DNA of 64,000 nucleotides from Zygnema circumcarinatum SAG 698-1b (Eukaryota > Plantae > Zygnematophyceae). The translations under genes were made by a program, and so were the position numbers. This document shows, piece after piece, positions 1 through 12,651 of the stretch. The notes under the pieces were generated by a model. The model saw only the letters and a program-made list of their open reading frames with translations, did no database searches and was not told the DNA's origin. Where the stretch lies: assembly GCA_037447605.1 (NCBI GenBank), contig CM074804.1, positions 1,984,001-2,048,000 of the forward strand, written 5' to 3'. Within the stretch, counting starts at the first letter, position 1, and every line of letters starts with the position of its first letter.

Positions 1-3000
1 CGTCTTCATTGGTTGACATTGGTTCTGCTGACTCGAACGCTGCGGCTAGCAACTCATTATTGAACTGAGTTATGTTTGCTTCTTCAGATGCTGCAAACGG
101 CTTTGAATCACATGTTTTCTCCTGTTTTTCTTCAACCAATGGCCCCACATCTTGTATTAAAGCCTCTTCTGCACCTGCACCACAAGTATCCCTCAATTGC
201 AAGGGCCCTTGCGCCATCTGTCCCCAGAACTGAAAAACGAGCAGCAGCCTTCGGAGGTCATGGCTGCAGCTATAAATCATGTGCTCCATAAGCGAAGGGG
301 GAGGCTGCAAGGCTTCCGCAGCTGCTACCTGCATCCCAGCAGCGGCGATCAACAATCATAAACAAATTGTTACCTGTGAACACACAGAACTAACTGTCAC
401 ACCGGAAAAAAAGAAGATAAAACCACATGTAAGGCATGGCATTACACAGATACCATTGTTTGCTCGGTTTGTAACATGTAGAACTAGGAATCCATCTGCA
501 AAGAATGAGACTGTCAAAAAGGCAGCAACTCACCATGGCAGTCTGCAGAAATAGTTCTCGCGTGCGGGGAGTCTGGAACTCCACATGATGTCGGAGGAGT
601 GCTGCTGGCAGGGACGGGTTTGAAACTGCAAAGGACCCACCTGGGACGAAATTTCAGTTTGCTCTCCTTGTGTGCAGTCATACATGCAGCATAATGAGAA
701 GAAGCATCACCTTGTCAAAATACTTGAGTTTACATTCGTCTGAAACCATCAAAGCATTGACCCCAAGTCATTACTGCAGCATCAGATACGAAATTAAATT
801 GCACGAGTTGACTACAAACACACCACTGGTTGCTGCACTTTGTTGGAAAAAAGTAACCTCCAAATCTAATATGCAAAGTATGCAATCAGGTTTCATGAGC
901 CACAAAAAAAGGGCCACTCTGAGGCCTGTGTAAAGTTCCACTAAACGTTCTACAAAGTTGCTGAAGTTGACTTTTCTCTGAACTAACCGTTGCTCATGAG
1001 AATGATGGGTCTCTTCTTGCTGGCAGCGAGGTGTATGAGCGCTGCTGTGAAGCCCTTATCCTCCTCGAGAAGCACATCCGCCTCCTCAAACAGCATCATG
1101 GACATCATTGGGCCGAGGTCATCCCCTGATCACATACATAGAGAATGAGGATTCAAGGAAGGCTGATTAGCAAAGCGACCATTGCACAGGTTGTCGTTTC
1201 TCATCCTCCAGACCATTGGCTGAAAAAGCCATGTGAAAACCTTGAAATACGGGCACTGACCTCAGCAGTGTCTTTCAAATTCCTACCTGGAGTCGGAGTA
1301 GTACCGGTTATTGAAACTGAGGTCGTAACTTCTGATTCATTTTCGTTGGTCGTTGTAATTTTGGTTTTTCCCCTTTTAGACGACCCCATAACACTGCTCC
1401 ACTTTTCCGATGTAGACATGGCTCCTGCATTGTAGCTGGAATGTACCACCTCTGTCAGTTGGCACGTGCTGATCACTACTGCTGCGCAGCATTACAAGCC
1501 ACAAATGGCAAAGCGCGAGAAGGGAACCACGTTTTCTACACACAAACTGCCAATCGCCAGATCAACTGACATCCAGTGCATTGATATCACGACACAAAGG
1601 AAGATTCAACTATTGCTTCTAGTATGACAGGCAAATGATATCACGGATTGCTGCAGTTGCGTCGGAAACTATAAAAGAATTGCTTTCACAAATGACCCGG
1701 ATTAAGCTTGCTGTCTCTTCCCACAGACAAGACCAATGAAGAGTGAAACCTAGAATCAGACATTCTTTCTAATTGAAAGCGAAGTTGAGCTTGCACTACG
1801 TTCAAATAGCTTACCGTCTCTTTAATCCGTGTGACTCTGTCGCCTCCCCAAAGCGGTGCCGTACGAGATTTCCACTCCTGCAATCTGATGCGTTGATCTG
1901 CAACAGTGAACACACCGGTTCCATCATCCATCGAATTGACGAGCAGTTTTCCAAAACTTTCTTCTTGAGAAGTTCTATCCATTCTGAACTGGCTATGCTA
2001 ACAGGTAGAAGACACTGATCCTTTGACTACCTTCGCTTGTCGCCAATCAGGATGCAGAAGCAGATGCTGAGCAGAAAAGTTGACCACTATTTGTCAGACC
2101 ATTACTTTTATACATAACCAGACTCTAGACCTTGCGGAAGAGGACGGGGAGCGGGAGATGGAAAGGTAGGGGACCACAAATCTGATGGCACCTCAATTAC
2201 GTTGAAGCCCAGCTCCCTAGCACATGCATACGTCGTTGCTGTTTTTCCACACTGCACGGTTTTTCAAAGAAAAGATATAGAAAAAAAAATGAGATGGACT
2301 GCCGCATTCAGTTCTGGAAAGCTGCCGACAGTGCTCCAAATTATGTCTCATAGGCTTCAATGTGGGAATCGCCAGTTGGGAATCCATTCTCAGATTTGAA
2401 TGAAACGCGGAACGGTTTATTGATTTTACGTAGAACCTGTCGAATATTGATTGATTTATGCAACAACGGTGGGATATGCTGGCTCCCTTATTTTTCAAGG
2501 ACGCTAAGTAAACGGATAAACCTGCCCTTCCTTGGCTTCGTTCACCAATAAAGTGACCATCGAGAGAGGAAAGAGCTAATGAGTTTCAATGGACACGACG
2601 TGCTGGTTTTGTTGGCGCACTTGCCACATCTTTAAAGCGGGAAGCCAGTCATATCTCCGTCCTCCCTTACCCCATACTCATCCAGGGAGACAAGAGTCTG
2701 AATATAAAAATCGTCACGATGGCAACCTCAGCAGATCAAGTGCAGAGCCACATGAAGCAACTGATAAAACTCACCCCCACTGGCCCAGAGAGCAGCAGAG
2801 TATTGGGAAGCCCATCATCTTCCTTATCGCTGTCCACATCGCCAAACCCACGCAACCATTCATCGTCGTTGTCAACTCCTTTGTCAATTTCTGAAGAAGT
2901 GCTCCTTCTTGTTGGAGCATCGAAAGCTGGTGGCTCTCTCCGCTGAGTCAGAATCTTCACGCGCCATTTATTCAACCAATCGCAAATGGCTTGTACCGCC

Positions 3001-6000
3001 GCTTTGTTTCCACAAATCTGGTGGATAGGACATGCGCATGTTCAGTGCTGCCATATGACATGTTACATGAACAACTGAAAGATATAAAGCAGGATAGTTG
3101 GACTGTAGATGACACAGCATGGCTGATGTGAAGCACGCAGGGATACAATTGAAGTTGCTCACTGACATTTCAAATATTCCACTGCTACAAAGATCCAACA
3201 TGTGAATTTCACGGTCGAGAAATTGAAGTATCGTACAGAAACTGTCGACACACATGATAATGGGTCTTAATATCCGTCAGTCACTCTTCGCAGCAGTCGT
3301 GAAAGACTCGAGTCTTTCACCAAAATCTGTATATGGACTTCAGTCAGTTTAAAAGCAAGCTCTATGAGTTGTTGACATAAGCGAGAGAAAACTATCAGCT
3401 TAAGTATAGCGGACTGATACTAGAGATGATAAATTAGTCTTAGAGACGCTTCCTTCATCAGCAAGGTGTAGCACTACCCGCTACTTATAATCACGATGAA
3501 ACTGAATATTTTTGTAAAATGCAGGGATGGACATAGATAAGGCCATGATATGTAACCTGTTTATTCCTTCAATCTCCGCCAAGCTGACAATATTGATTCG
3601 CACTTCATCAGTATACCAGAGTCGGAATCAAATTGCAACACGCATGATACATTCGACTTACTGCACGTTTGCATAATAATTCACTGCTTATTCCAGAATA
3701 ATAATATGACTAGGTCGAGAAGGAGGATAAGGCCTCAGATTTTCGAGAACTAACCTCTTGGGAGGAAGCTGGTTGATACTTGTCTGTCCACATGAATTTG
3801 TCACTCTCTAAGGGCGCATTGACGTCGACACCAGCTGCTGCCAATTCTGTAGGCACGTTCCGTGAACTCAAAGGAAAAGGTTGTTCTTGTGGTCTGTTGG
3901 AGGAAACCGAGTACTGCTGCAACCTGTTCGAACCCACCGGATGCGCGACTAAACGAACATGTTGGGTAATGCAAAGCTTGAACAAAGTAGCAATTTGCAG
4001 AGTCATTCGGAAAGAAAAATTGAAAATGACTTCTTCGGTCTCTCCTTTGCAGCCTTTCAGTAACATTGCAGTTAAGTTGCGTCACAGACCATGCTCTTGA
4101 TGTCACAAAATATCCCAATGTCTTAACAACCGAACAGGACAGCGAACCACAAGGATTCCTGGCTTGCTGTCTGGTTTGCAAAACAGTAGATTCCATTGGA
4201 TAAAGCACTGCTCACCCTTCTACGTCAAATGAGCGCCATGACTGAGGGCCTTCCTTTAACTCTTGGCTATCAGCAAAATGCTCAGGAGCAGCATTTGCCA
4301 GATATTTGTCAATCCATCCTTTCCCCTGCCCGAGGCCCAATACTGAACACAACTCAGGCTGCAGCCTAAAAATGCCAGCATGCATGTTTGGAATGAACAC
4401 TGATCCTGCGTGATTCTTAGATAATCATAAACTGCAGAGTATATGTATGAAATCAAGATTAGACGGTGAGAGTCGTCATTACCAGTACTTAAATGTAAAG
4501 TTCGCACTAGGGATCACCTGCATGTAAGAATGAACGGTTTGAAGCCAATGTCGTTTCGATCCACGATTGCATTCGTTAGTGGTTTGAGAGGAGACGCCAG
4601 CTCCACACGCTCGCAAAATGGCTTGATTGTTGACTTTGGGAGAAACAGTCACCGGTCTTCTCTGCTTCAACACTTCTACCAGCCTCAGCGGTTGCCCGTC
4701 TATGGCTGCATAAGCTGCGGCGCCACCAGCAGCGCTTGGTGGCCCACTTTCTCCCAGAGTCCATTTGATCCACACAGGGGCCGGAAGTTGTTTCTGACAA
4801 ACACAATTTTCTTCTGTGAGAATAATTATATAACAATAATGTTGTCAGATGCTCATAGAAACATTGATTGTCTATAAAATTCAGCAACCGACTTTGGTGT
4901 AACTGCTCACCACTGAAAGGCACACATACGGTCCAGAAAGGAAACTTCAACACCGAAAAGACCTGCACTTGCGGTGGCTGCAGTGCATCAAAAAGCGTAG
5001 CTGAATCTATGAGGAACCGACCTGCTCAGACTGAGTAATGTGGCTTGGGGCACTTGGACGGAGGAGGCGATTCAGTGGAATCAACGGCAAATGGACAGGA
5101 CCTCCAGCAGAAGCGCTTTCCAAAGTGGGCTTCTTCGAAGAATGGGGAAGTACTCGGTTGAAAAAGGGATGAGGTATCTTCCATGCACTTAATCGTGCCA
5201 TTTCCTGTGACCAATGATCCCAAGCTCCACACAGCTTTTGAAAGCTGGGAGCAAAAAACTTTCGTTGCGACCATGCCCTCACCCTACTGCAAGGCCTTGA
5301 TGGACCACTCATGAAAGGGCTCTAACTTCGGAAGCAGTAATAGCGATGGCAGGAGAAAAACTCTTTTACAGATTGCGGTTGACAATCGTACCTCAGCAGC
5401 CATCCTCGACTCCAAATGCTGCTTAGCCGGATCACGTTGAACTGTTGGAGCTGGCAATTCTGCAAATGTTCTTTGCTTCACCTCTACGTCCAGGCTTAAA
5501 TCAATGACTTTATCCGACAGTGCAGGCTTCTCCTTGGACCTATCGCGACGTCGCTTCGTTCTGCCTGATGGAGGAACATACTCGTCCAAGTCTTCATCCT
5601 TTGACTTCGGCTGGCAACCATCCGCTTTACCCTTACCCGACTTCTCAAGTTCTGCCCTCTTTCTCTTCTCATATTGCAGCTTTAGAGTCTCCGCTTTTGC
5701 TTTCTGTACCTTACGCTTCTGAGATGCTGCCAAGAAGAAGTCTGGAAACAAAAATTGAGAGCATCGGAAACATCAGCAAATTTCATTGCAGTGCGTTAAG
5801 ATCCCTAGTCTCCTAGTTTCCAAGCAAAATCTACATGAAAGCCTTTCTAGCACTAGCCATTTGCTTCTATGCCATGAGAGCATTTATGCTTATGCGTCAT
5901 TTTCTATTTTGAATGCCAAACGAACTTAAAGCCGGCAATTTATGAAACAGTTGACGCTTAAAACTTCATGTTCAGCTACCGCCTTCAATCGAGCACGAAA

Positions 6001-6839
6001 GCACGCTTCACACGAGCAGCTTCTAATGTGCTGAAAGCGTCTGCACTGGGCCTCTGGTTGCGGACTCTATGCGAAAAAAGCTCTAACAATAAGCTTAAAA
6101 GAGCTATGTGAACCAGGAGCTAATGAGGGCTCTGTGTCATTAAAATAAGGACAGAATACCAAGTTCACAGGTTTCCAATTTCGGCTCGAGTTCACAAGAC
6201 GTAACCACAAAAGTTACTCTGAGTGTTGCTTGCTGATTATAAAAAAAGGGAAAAGATTGCCATCAAAGTTACAGCTGGCAGAAACATACAGTGATAGGTA
6301 CGAATTTTTATGTTTTTGAAAACAGAATAGGCAGATGAAGCCTATTCTGAATATACGACAGATAAAGTGGAAACATTTAGGCGAAATAGAGCCAAAAAAA
6401 AAAATGAAAACTCTTAGGTGGGACTAAGAATCTCCGCTTTGCTACAAGAATTTTCTGGAGTCAAAACTTGTTCCAACTCCAGCTGGGTAACATCTAAGCA
6501 CTCACCATGTGTCAAATTTACTGTACTCTGAACAGTCGCGTCCATCGCTTCTGATTTGGATGTCCTCGTGTCCCCATTTTGAGGTGCCTCTGCCTGTGAA
6601 GCTGCTTCGTGAGGGCACTGCGTGACTTCCTTAAGACATGGATTGCTACAATCATAATTTACTCCTATCTCTATCACCATGCTTACTGCGCACGTTTCAG
6701 ATGCCCACAGTTTCAAAGGACCGTGCTTCCCGAGGGCCTGCCTTCTTTGAAGTATAACGCACAAGCAAGCGAGAACTTCTTGATGGCCGTCTTTGTATGC
6801 CACGACCTGTGCTGCGTCGACACATCCTATTGTTGCTCA
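1..6839 (-). CDS. ATAD5: ATAD5/ELG1-like RFC-like-complex large subunit (AAA+ PCNA unloader); multi-exon, 3' end runs off the left edge, exact start codon uncertain (possible ATG at 6680)
   Basis: Spliced translation gives MAAE|EMARLSAWKIPHPFF (~5400/5200), WTDKYQPASSQEV (~3745-3790), ICGNKAAVQAICDWLNKW (~2960-3010), Walker A LLLSGPVG|CGKTATTYACARELGFNVIE (2770/2185-2255), Walker B region MLFEEADVLLEEDKGF...KRPIILMSN (~990-1100) and HDLRRLLLVFQFW (~225-265). GT-AG junctions were phase-consistent where checked. Confidence 0.88.
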
Positions 6840-7140
6840 TCCTCCATAGGACAGAGCCTTCTCTGCTGCTTCATCTGTTCAGTGCAGGCTCTTCCAAATG
6901 TTACATCGTTAGAGAAGCAATTAGGCAGGAAGAAACTGTAAGAGCAATCTTCCAACAAACTCAAGCAAAGGCTATCTATTTCTTCCCTTCCAAGTCCACA
7001 AGCATGGTTTCCTCCTTATATAATTTGTATTTGTCTTTTTTCAATTTTGGGGATGTGCTGTGGAGTGTTGGCGGAGTGCAACCGGACGGCGCCTGCAATT
7101 GCCCAAGGGCAGATCTCGGCCGCTTTCGGTTTCAAAACGT

Positions 7141-7166
7141 GGCGCGAAAACGGCAGCGGCGGGAAA
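7141..7166 (-). promoter_or_regulatory. Two E2F-type sites upstream of ATAD5
   Basis: Minus strand reads TTTTCGCGCC (7141-7150) and TTTCCCGC (7159-7166), matching the E2F consensus TTTSSCGS typical of DNA-replication gene promoters. Function is inferred. Confidence 0.55.
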
Positions 7167-8639
7167 CACAGACAATTCGGAACCGTCGGTTTCTGGTTTT
7201 TTCAAAACAACTTCTGGTAAAAAAGTGAAAATGGCATTGAGCTCACGATGGCGAGGCCATCAAATGTACATGGACAAAAGCAACATGTGGAACCACGAGG
7301 AGCTGGTCGCACGGTTTCGCTCTTCAGTTTTAGTTTTGCTGTAAATTTAGTTTGACTCGGCTTGGGTTGTTTCGTGACTCGTGAGATCAATTAGCTCATG
7401 TTCAATGGAAAAGTTCAATAAAACTTGGAGAATGATACTGCACCCCCATTTTTCCGTAGGCTTATGTAATATATTCAGCCAATAAAGCTTCCAAGCAAGC
7501 ATTGCGCCTGTCTTTTTCTTTGTGCACATCGCAAGGGAAAGTGTTGCATAGTTCTTGATTATTTCAATTGCCATCTGCATTTGTGTCCCTTTTACGAGCA
7601 GTGCAGAGAATTCGAAGAAGCTCAAGATGTAACTATGTTCTAGAAATGGTCCTCCATGAATCTTGTTATTCGAGCCAACCATGTGTATGTCACGGGGACG
7701 GTGACTCGCCATTGCCGCGACAAGCTCCGCACTCCGCGCCATCGCACGCACGCGCGCACTTTGAACGAGTCGTGGTATTCTCTACTCTGTCCCGACGCAT
7801 TCAAACGATGAGGGATTCGGCATTGGCCTCGCGCGGGGAGGGTTTTGAATGAATGAATGAATGTCCTCAAAAGCGGACAAAGCAACGCCTCACCAACGCC
7901 ATGCAATTGTTGATGTGCCTGCAGATGCCGTCGCTCCCTCGCCACACAACTACGCATGCGCGAGCAACCTGCTGCCGCCCTCCCCTGCGCTTCTATGCAG
8001 TTCGGATGCAGTTCAGTCCAGTTCAGCTCAGTTCAGTTCACATCGATATAGCGACATTATATCGAACCGACTGGAGAATCGTGTCCTCTCCCTCACCGTA
8101 TCGCGATATACATCCGAATGGTCCGATACGAATGAGACACTCGATATGCATCGATCAGATCCCCGATACGGTCCTGCCCGCCGCCACTCGTGGTAAGCGG
8201 CGCTGCGATTGGCCGACGCTCCGAGGTAGTTGGAAAGGGGCCGAGGACGTGGCGGAGGGAGAGGGAGGGGAGGGAGAGGGCAGGAGCTGTAGGAGGGGGG
8301 AATTTTGTTCGTCAAGCAGGAGGAGGTGGGAGCTGCTGCATAAGCGGGCGGAGTATTGCAGTTGCTGCAGTATGAATTCGGCCGGTTTTTCGGTGGGAGC
8401 AGTGAGGAAGAAGGCGGCTGAGAGGGGCCGTACTCTCAGGAACCTTCTTTTGACTTGGAGGTGGAACAACCTGACCAATTCTGCAAGGGACCACTTAGTG
8501 AGGAAGTTGAAGAATGCGTATTGGGAGTACGTTGATTGTTGTCGAACCCTGAAGCGCTTCCTCAAGACGCCTAAGAACGCCCAGAACGCTAAGTCTACGG
8601 TAACTCCTCGATACCAAAACTTTTGCAGCCCCCACCACC

Positions 8640-11335
8640 TTGAAGCGCCGCATAGAAACGTCTAACCCTAAAACTGCCGTATGGCAGGCATTCCTAATGA
8701 AACCGTTTTGGAGACGTCCATTGAAGATACGATCCTTCAGAAAACAAGTAAATGCTATATGCGTTTCGTCTAAGACGGTGTTCTTAGATTTCTTTGGCCG
8801 AAAAGCGTTGGCGAGTGAAAGAAGAAATGAAGAATGCAAGGCAATATCACCAATTTCGGCAAAACAAGAACGGAGAGAAGGGTGCTGCTCAAACGAAGAA
8901 GAGGCTGTTAGCTTTATTAAACAAATTAATAAAAGGGATGGTTTTGTGCGACCTTTGGCGTTGCGGGCATTTGGGAACGTCGAGCGTTTGAAAGTAGCGG
9001 CGTGTGGTTTTAGGGGTGATGTCATCTTCGGAGGAAAGGGGGGTGAATTGGAAATTAAGAAAGGCGATTTAAAAAACTTATTGGAGAATGCTTGGTTAGG
9101 AGATGATGTTATCAATGGTTTCTTGCGTCTTTTACAGGTAAGCTTGGCTACGCTTTTCTAGCCCATTTTTTTCCTTTCCTCACCCCCTCCCTTTCCCCCC
9201 CATCACCTCTCTCTCGCTCTCTCTCTTTCTCGTTCTCTCGCTCTCTCCCTCCCAAATCTTTCTTTCTGAAGGCAGCAGTGCCGGGATTGTGGTATGGGTC
9301 ACTCGGTTTGACTTGGGAATACCCTGACTTTGTTTAATGAACGTTGCCTGACCTTAGTGTTGTTTTGAGCTATCTAAAATCTTACGTTGTGTTCATTTGA
9401 TGATGTCGATGTGTTTAGGCTCGTGCGAATGCATTTGCATCTTCTGAGCTAGGGTGAGCGTCTGTGCAACTTCTTCTTTGACCTTTATGCTTGCTGTATG
9501 CCTCTTGGGAGCAAACAGTATGATTCGTTTATTGAAATCGACACTCTTTTTTGCGGTGACTCGTCTCTAGCAGCCAGTATACTCAGAATGTAACGTTCAT
9601 TTGTTTTTGAGAATGGGAGAGTAAAAGCGAGTGGTTTTTTTATGTGGCAGGTTGAAAGTACAGTTTTTGAGCACTTTCCTTTTCACCAAACTGACAGATG
9701 TCCCGCAGTTGGGATGTCCGACTGGATTTAACATTCAGGGCGTTCGTCGATGGACACGGAATGTGGTGAATATTTTTCCCGGAAAAACTTGTAGCTTTGA
9801 ACAATTCCAAATAGTCAGAATTCCCAAAACTTTAAAAAGCAAGTTGTTTTCTTCCCCTTCTCTTACTTAAAACCGTATTTCCTGGGGGGAAATAAAAACC
9901 AGGATGGTTGTTAAAAAGAGATGGTGGAAAGTATATGACGTAGACGAGGTGCTCCTTTTCTTTTCTGATTTCCTTTTCTTTTGGGATGGTTGGCAGAACC
10001 TGTTTGATCAAGACTTGGTCCTGCTACCAGTGAATTTGCATGCCGCTAAACACTGGTATGTTCTTTCAAAATATATATATTTTTATATCGAATGTTACGA
10101 GTGATTCAACGTGGAGTTTATAATTTGGACGCTTTTTGTGTTTTTAGAGTTTTACTGTGTGCTCAGATTGTGTGGTGGTGGTGGTGCTTAAACAGGGTCT
10201 TGGTCGCTGTCTATATGAAAGAAAGACGAATTGAATACTACGACTCGTTGCCGAGACATGTGGAGGCGAGCTACGTGGACTACGTGTTGACTGTGGTATG
10301 TACTTATTTTTGAAGCCCTTCACAAGATAACTCGCTTGTGCAAGATTCTAAAGCAGTACTGTTGTTATGCTTTGTCGCCTATTGACTGCTTATTGTAGCA
10401 ATAACACCAAGGCCTAAAAAGAATTCATCTCAATTGTCCGATGTGCTGTAATGCGTGGTTAATACCCTCACTAAACTTTCATCGTATATTGGATTCCTAG
10501 ATAGGGTAGAAGACCATGTAACACCAAGGCCTAAAAATAATTCATCTTAATTGTCCGATATGCTGCAATGTGTGGTTAATACCCTCACTAAACTTTCATC
10601 TTATATTAGATTCCCAGATAGGGTAGAGGACCATGTACGAAAGTGGACCTACTATAAGAATATCACTCTTTTGAAATGCATTTCCAAGCTACTGAATTCT
10701 CTGGCCTTTTTCACCTTCCCTTTTCTCTGATAAAGGAACCGGATGTTCAGGTCTTTAGGGTTCTTTGCACTAGCCAGATGAAGCATTACATTGCTCTTGC
10801 TTTTTGGCTCATGAGTGTATTTCATGTGGTAATCTGTTCCTTTCAATTGGGTTTCGATTGTCCAGGTTGAGAGATACATGCATGCCATGGCTGAAGCTGA
10901 GAACAACATTGAGTTTGCGACAGCAGCGTGGAAAAAGCATCAAATGGTAGAAGGTGTCCCTGTACAGGTTTGACGTCCTTTTCCCCATCGCCCCTCTGTC
11001 TATAGAAGGTTTGTATTGCCTGTGAGGTTGTTAGGGTTCCACTAAAAGTACGATCCTTGTCATTTCTGGGTCTTGGTGTGAGAAGATGCTTTGCAAGACT
11101 GACTTCCTCATGCATGAAAGTGTTTGAATGGTGATCTTTTCATGCCTCCCCTCCCCTCGCATTACAGGATGATAAAACAGCTTGCGGAGTATTTCTGTGC
11201 ACTTTTGCGGATTTGCTTGCCCGGGGGCTCCGCCCACCCTTTCAATTCAGTGCCGCGGATGTGGAGGGGCTCCGGAATGGCATTGCGCTCTGCCTCATGA
11301 ACGGAGTGCTGCCTTACACCCCCAGCCAAACATAA
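8640..11335 (+). CDS. Ulp1/SENP-family SUMO protease (peptidase C48), 7 exons, catalytic triad intact; start uncertain (first in-frame ATG 8697)
   Basis: Exons ..-9137, 9419-9453, 9651-9765, 9997-10055, 10196-10295, 10866-10967 and 11168-11335 are all GT-AG and phase-consistent. They translate to DLKNLLENAWLGDDVINGFL, VQFLSTFLFTKL, GVRRWTRNV, DLVLLPVNLHAAKHW (His), IEYYDSL (Asp), VPVQ|DDKTACGVF (Gln, Cys) and PFQFSAADVEGLRNGIA; TAA at 11333-11335. Confidence 0.9.
10402..10635. repeat. 117-bp tandem duplication inside a Ulp1 intron
   Basis: TAACACCAAGGCCTAAAAA...GACCATG occurs at 10402-10518 and 10519-10635 with scattered substitutions. Confidence 0.9.
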
Positions 11336-12651
11336 GCAACGAGCCGGGGGGCGCAAAATGAGAGGCTAAAGGTGGCCCTAATTCGAGGAGCGCGGGTCAT
11401 ATGGTGAAAGATATGGCCGCCAATGGGACCTCCTTACTGGAGGTCCATCTTTGAATTCAACAAAGTTCAAATTTTAAGGCCGTTGATTTGGCGACGGCCG
11501 AGGATGAAAAAGTGATCCGTTGAAAAAGATGCCAACGAATGCTCTTCCAAACAGGGGATGGGTAGATATGGATGAAGGAATAACAGATAGATCGCCTATT
11601 CATTTTGACATTTGTAGGGTCTTTCTTGGCGGTGCGGGACAAAGAGTTTTGAGAATTGAGTGTATAGGTGTTTGTTCAAGAAAGAAGGCTTAGAAGTTCT
11701 GTAGCAAGTGGTTAGGTCAAAGATGCGCTTTGGATTGCCTGAAGGCCGAAGTTGGTGCAATGTAAATAGATGTACAAAGGGAGACTTGTTGTTCGATTTT
11801 GAAGCCACACCCCGGGCTTAGAGTGAGGATGAGGGGGGGGAGTGCGTCTGAGAAAGGAAACGAATCCAGTTTTCACTTGTTTAGTCGAACGGAAGATTAT
11901 TTTTTTTTATTCATTATTTTTTTCAATTTCAAATAAGTACGCCGTTTTTTCAGTTTCAAATAAGTATGCCGCGTCACTCTCAGATGAATATGATGTTCAC
12001 GTTTCGTAGTCGCTGGTTCTAGTGCAGAGATCATCCGCACACATACATCTCCCATGCATGGGTACCCCATACATGCAGGTCTTTGCGTATCCCATACTTA
12101 CAAATCGCCCATAATGCACACATACATACATTCGATAGGCGATAATCAAAGCACTGAATTTCCCTACCCCAACAACAGCACATTGTGCATGAGAAATCAA
12201 CTCCTCTCGAAGCAAACAACAATAACAACTCAACACCAACAAATGATCGCTAGTAGGGCCGGTGAAATAGGGGGCGAAATATCCAAAACAGAGGGGCGGG
12301 ATAACCAAAACAGGGAAGGCGAAATATTCGAAAAAGGGGGTGGGAAATCCAAAATAGGGGGGTGCAGTATCATTCTCCTAGAACTTTCCAGGACGATTAC
12401 CAAAAGCAAAACCCAAGAGAAGAAAGAGGTGCCATATATTTTTTCGCATGTCTCGGACTTTGTGGCAAAACCCTAAAATCGACTTCAGTATATCGCAAGC
12501 ACCGTGAAGGGCACATCTCTACAAATTCACAGCTTTCATCCATTTCTCTCCTCGCAGACGAGCAGAAACGGTAGCGATGGCACACAGCTCATTCAGGCTC
12601 CGCTTCAAGCCACCTTCTGCATTTCGACGAGTTCGTCCCCCTTTACAACTC

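Larger units (their letters stand above)
7427..12378. mobile_element. Non-autonomous TIR DNA transposon (MULE- or Zisupton/KDZ-like) carrying a Ulp1 protease gene
   Basis: Perfect 21-bp inverted termini GGAGAATGATACTGCACCCCC (7427-7447) / GGGGGTGCAGTATCATTCTCC (12358-12378). Flanks TAAAACTT (7419-7426) and TAGAACTT (12379-12386) form an 8-bp TSD with one mismatch. No transposase was recognised inside. Confidence 0.85.

Noticed and set aside
7853-8665. Separate 270-aa gene or transposase upstream of Ulp1
   Set aside because: No recognisable DDE, SWIM or KDZ motifs, and the first part is simple-repeat and GA-rich. It may include frameshifted Ulp1 N-terminal sequence, but I cannot support that.
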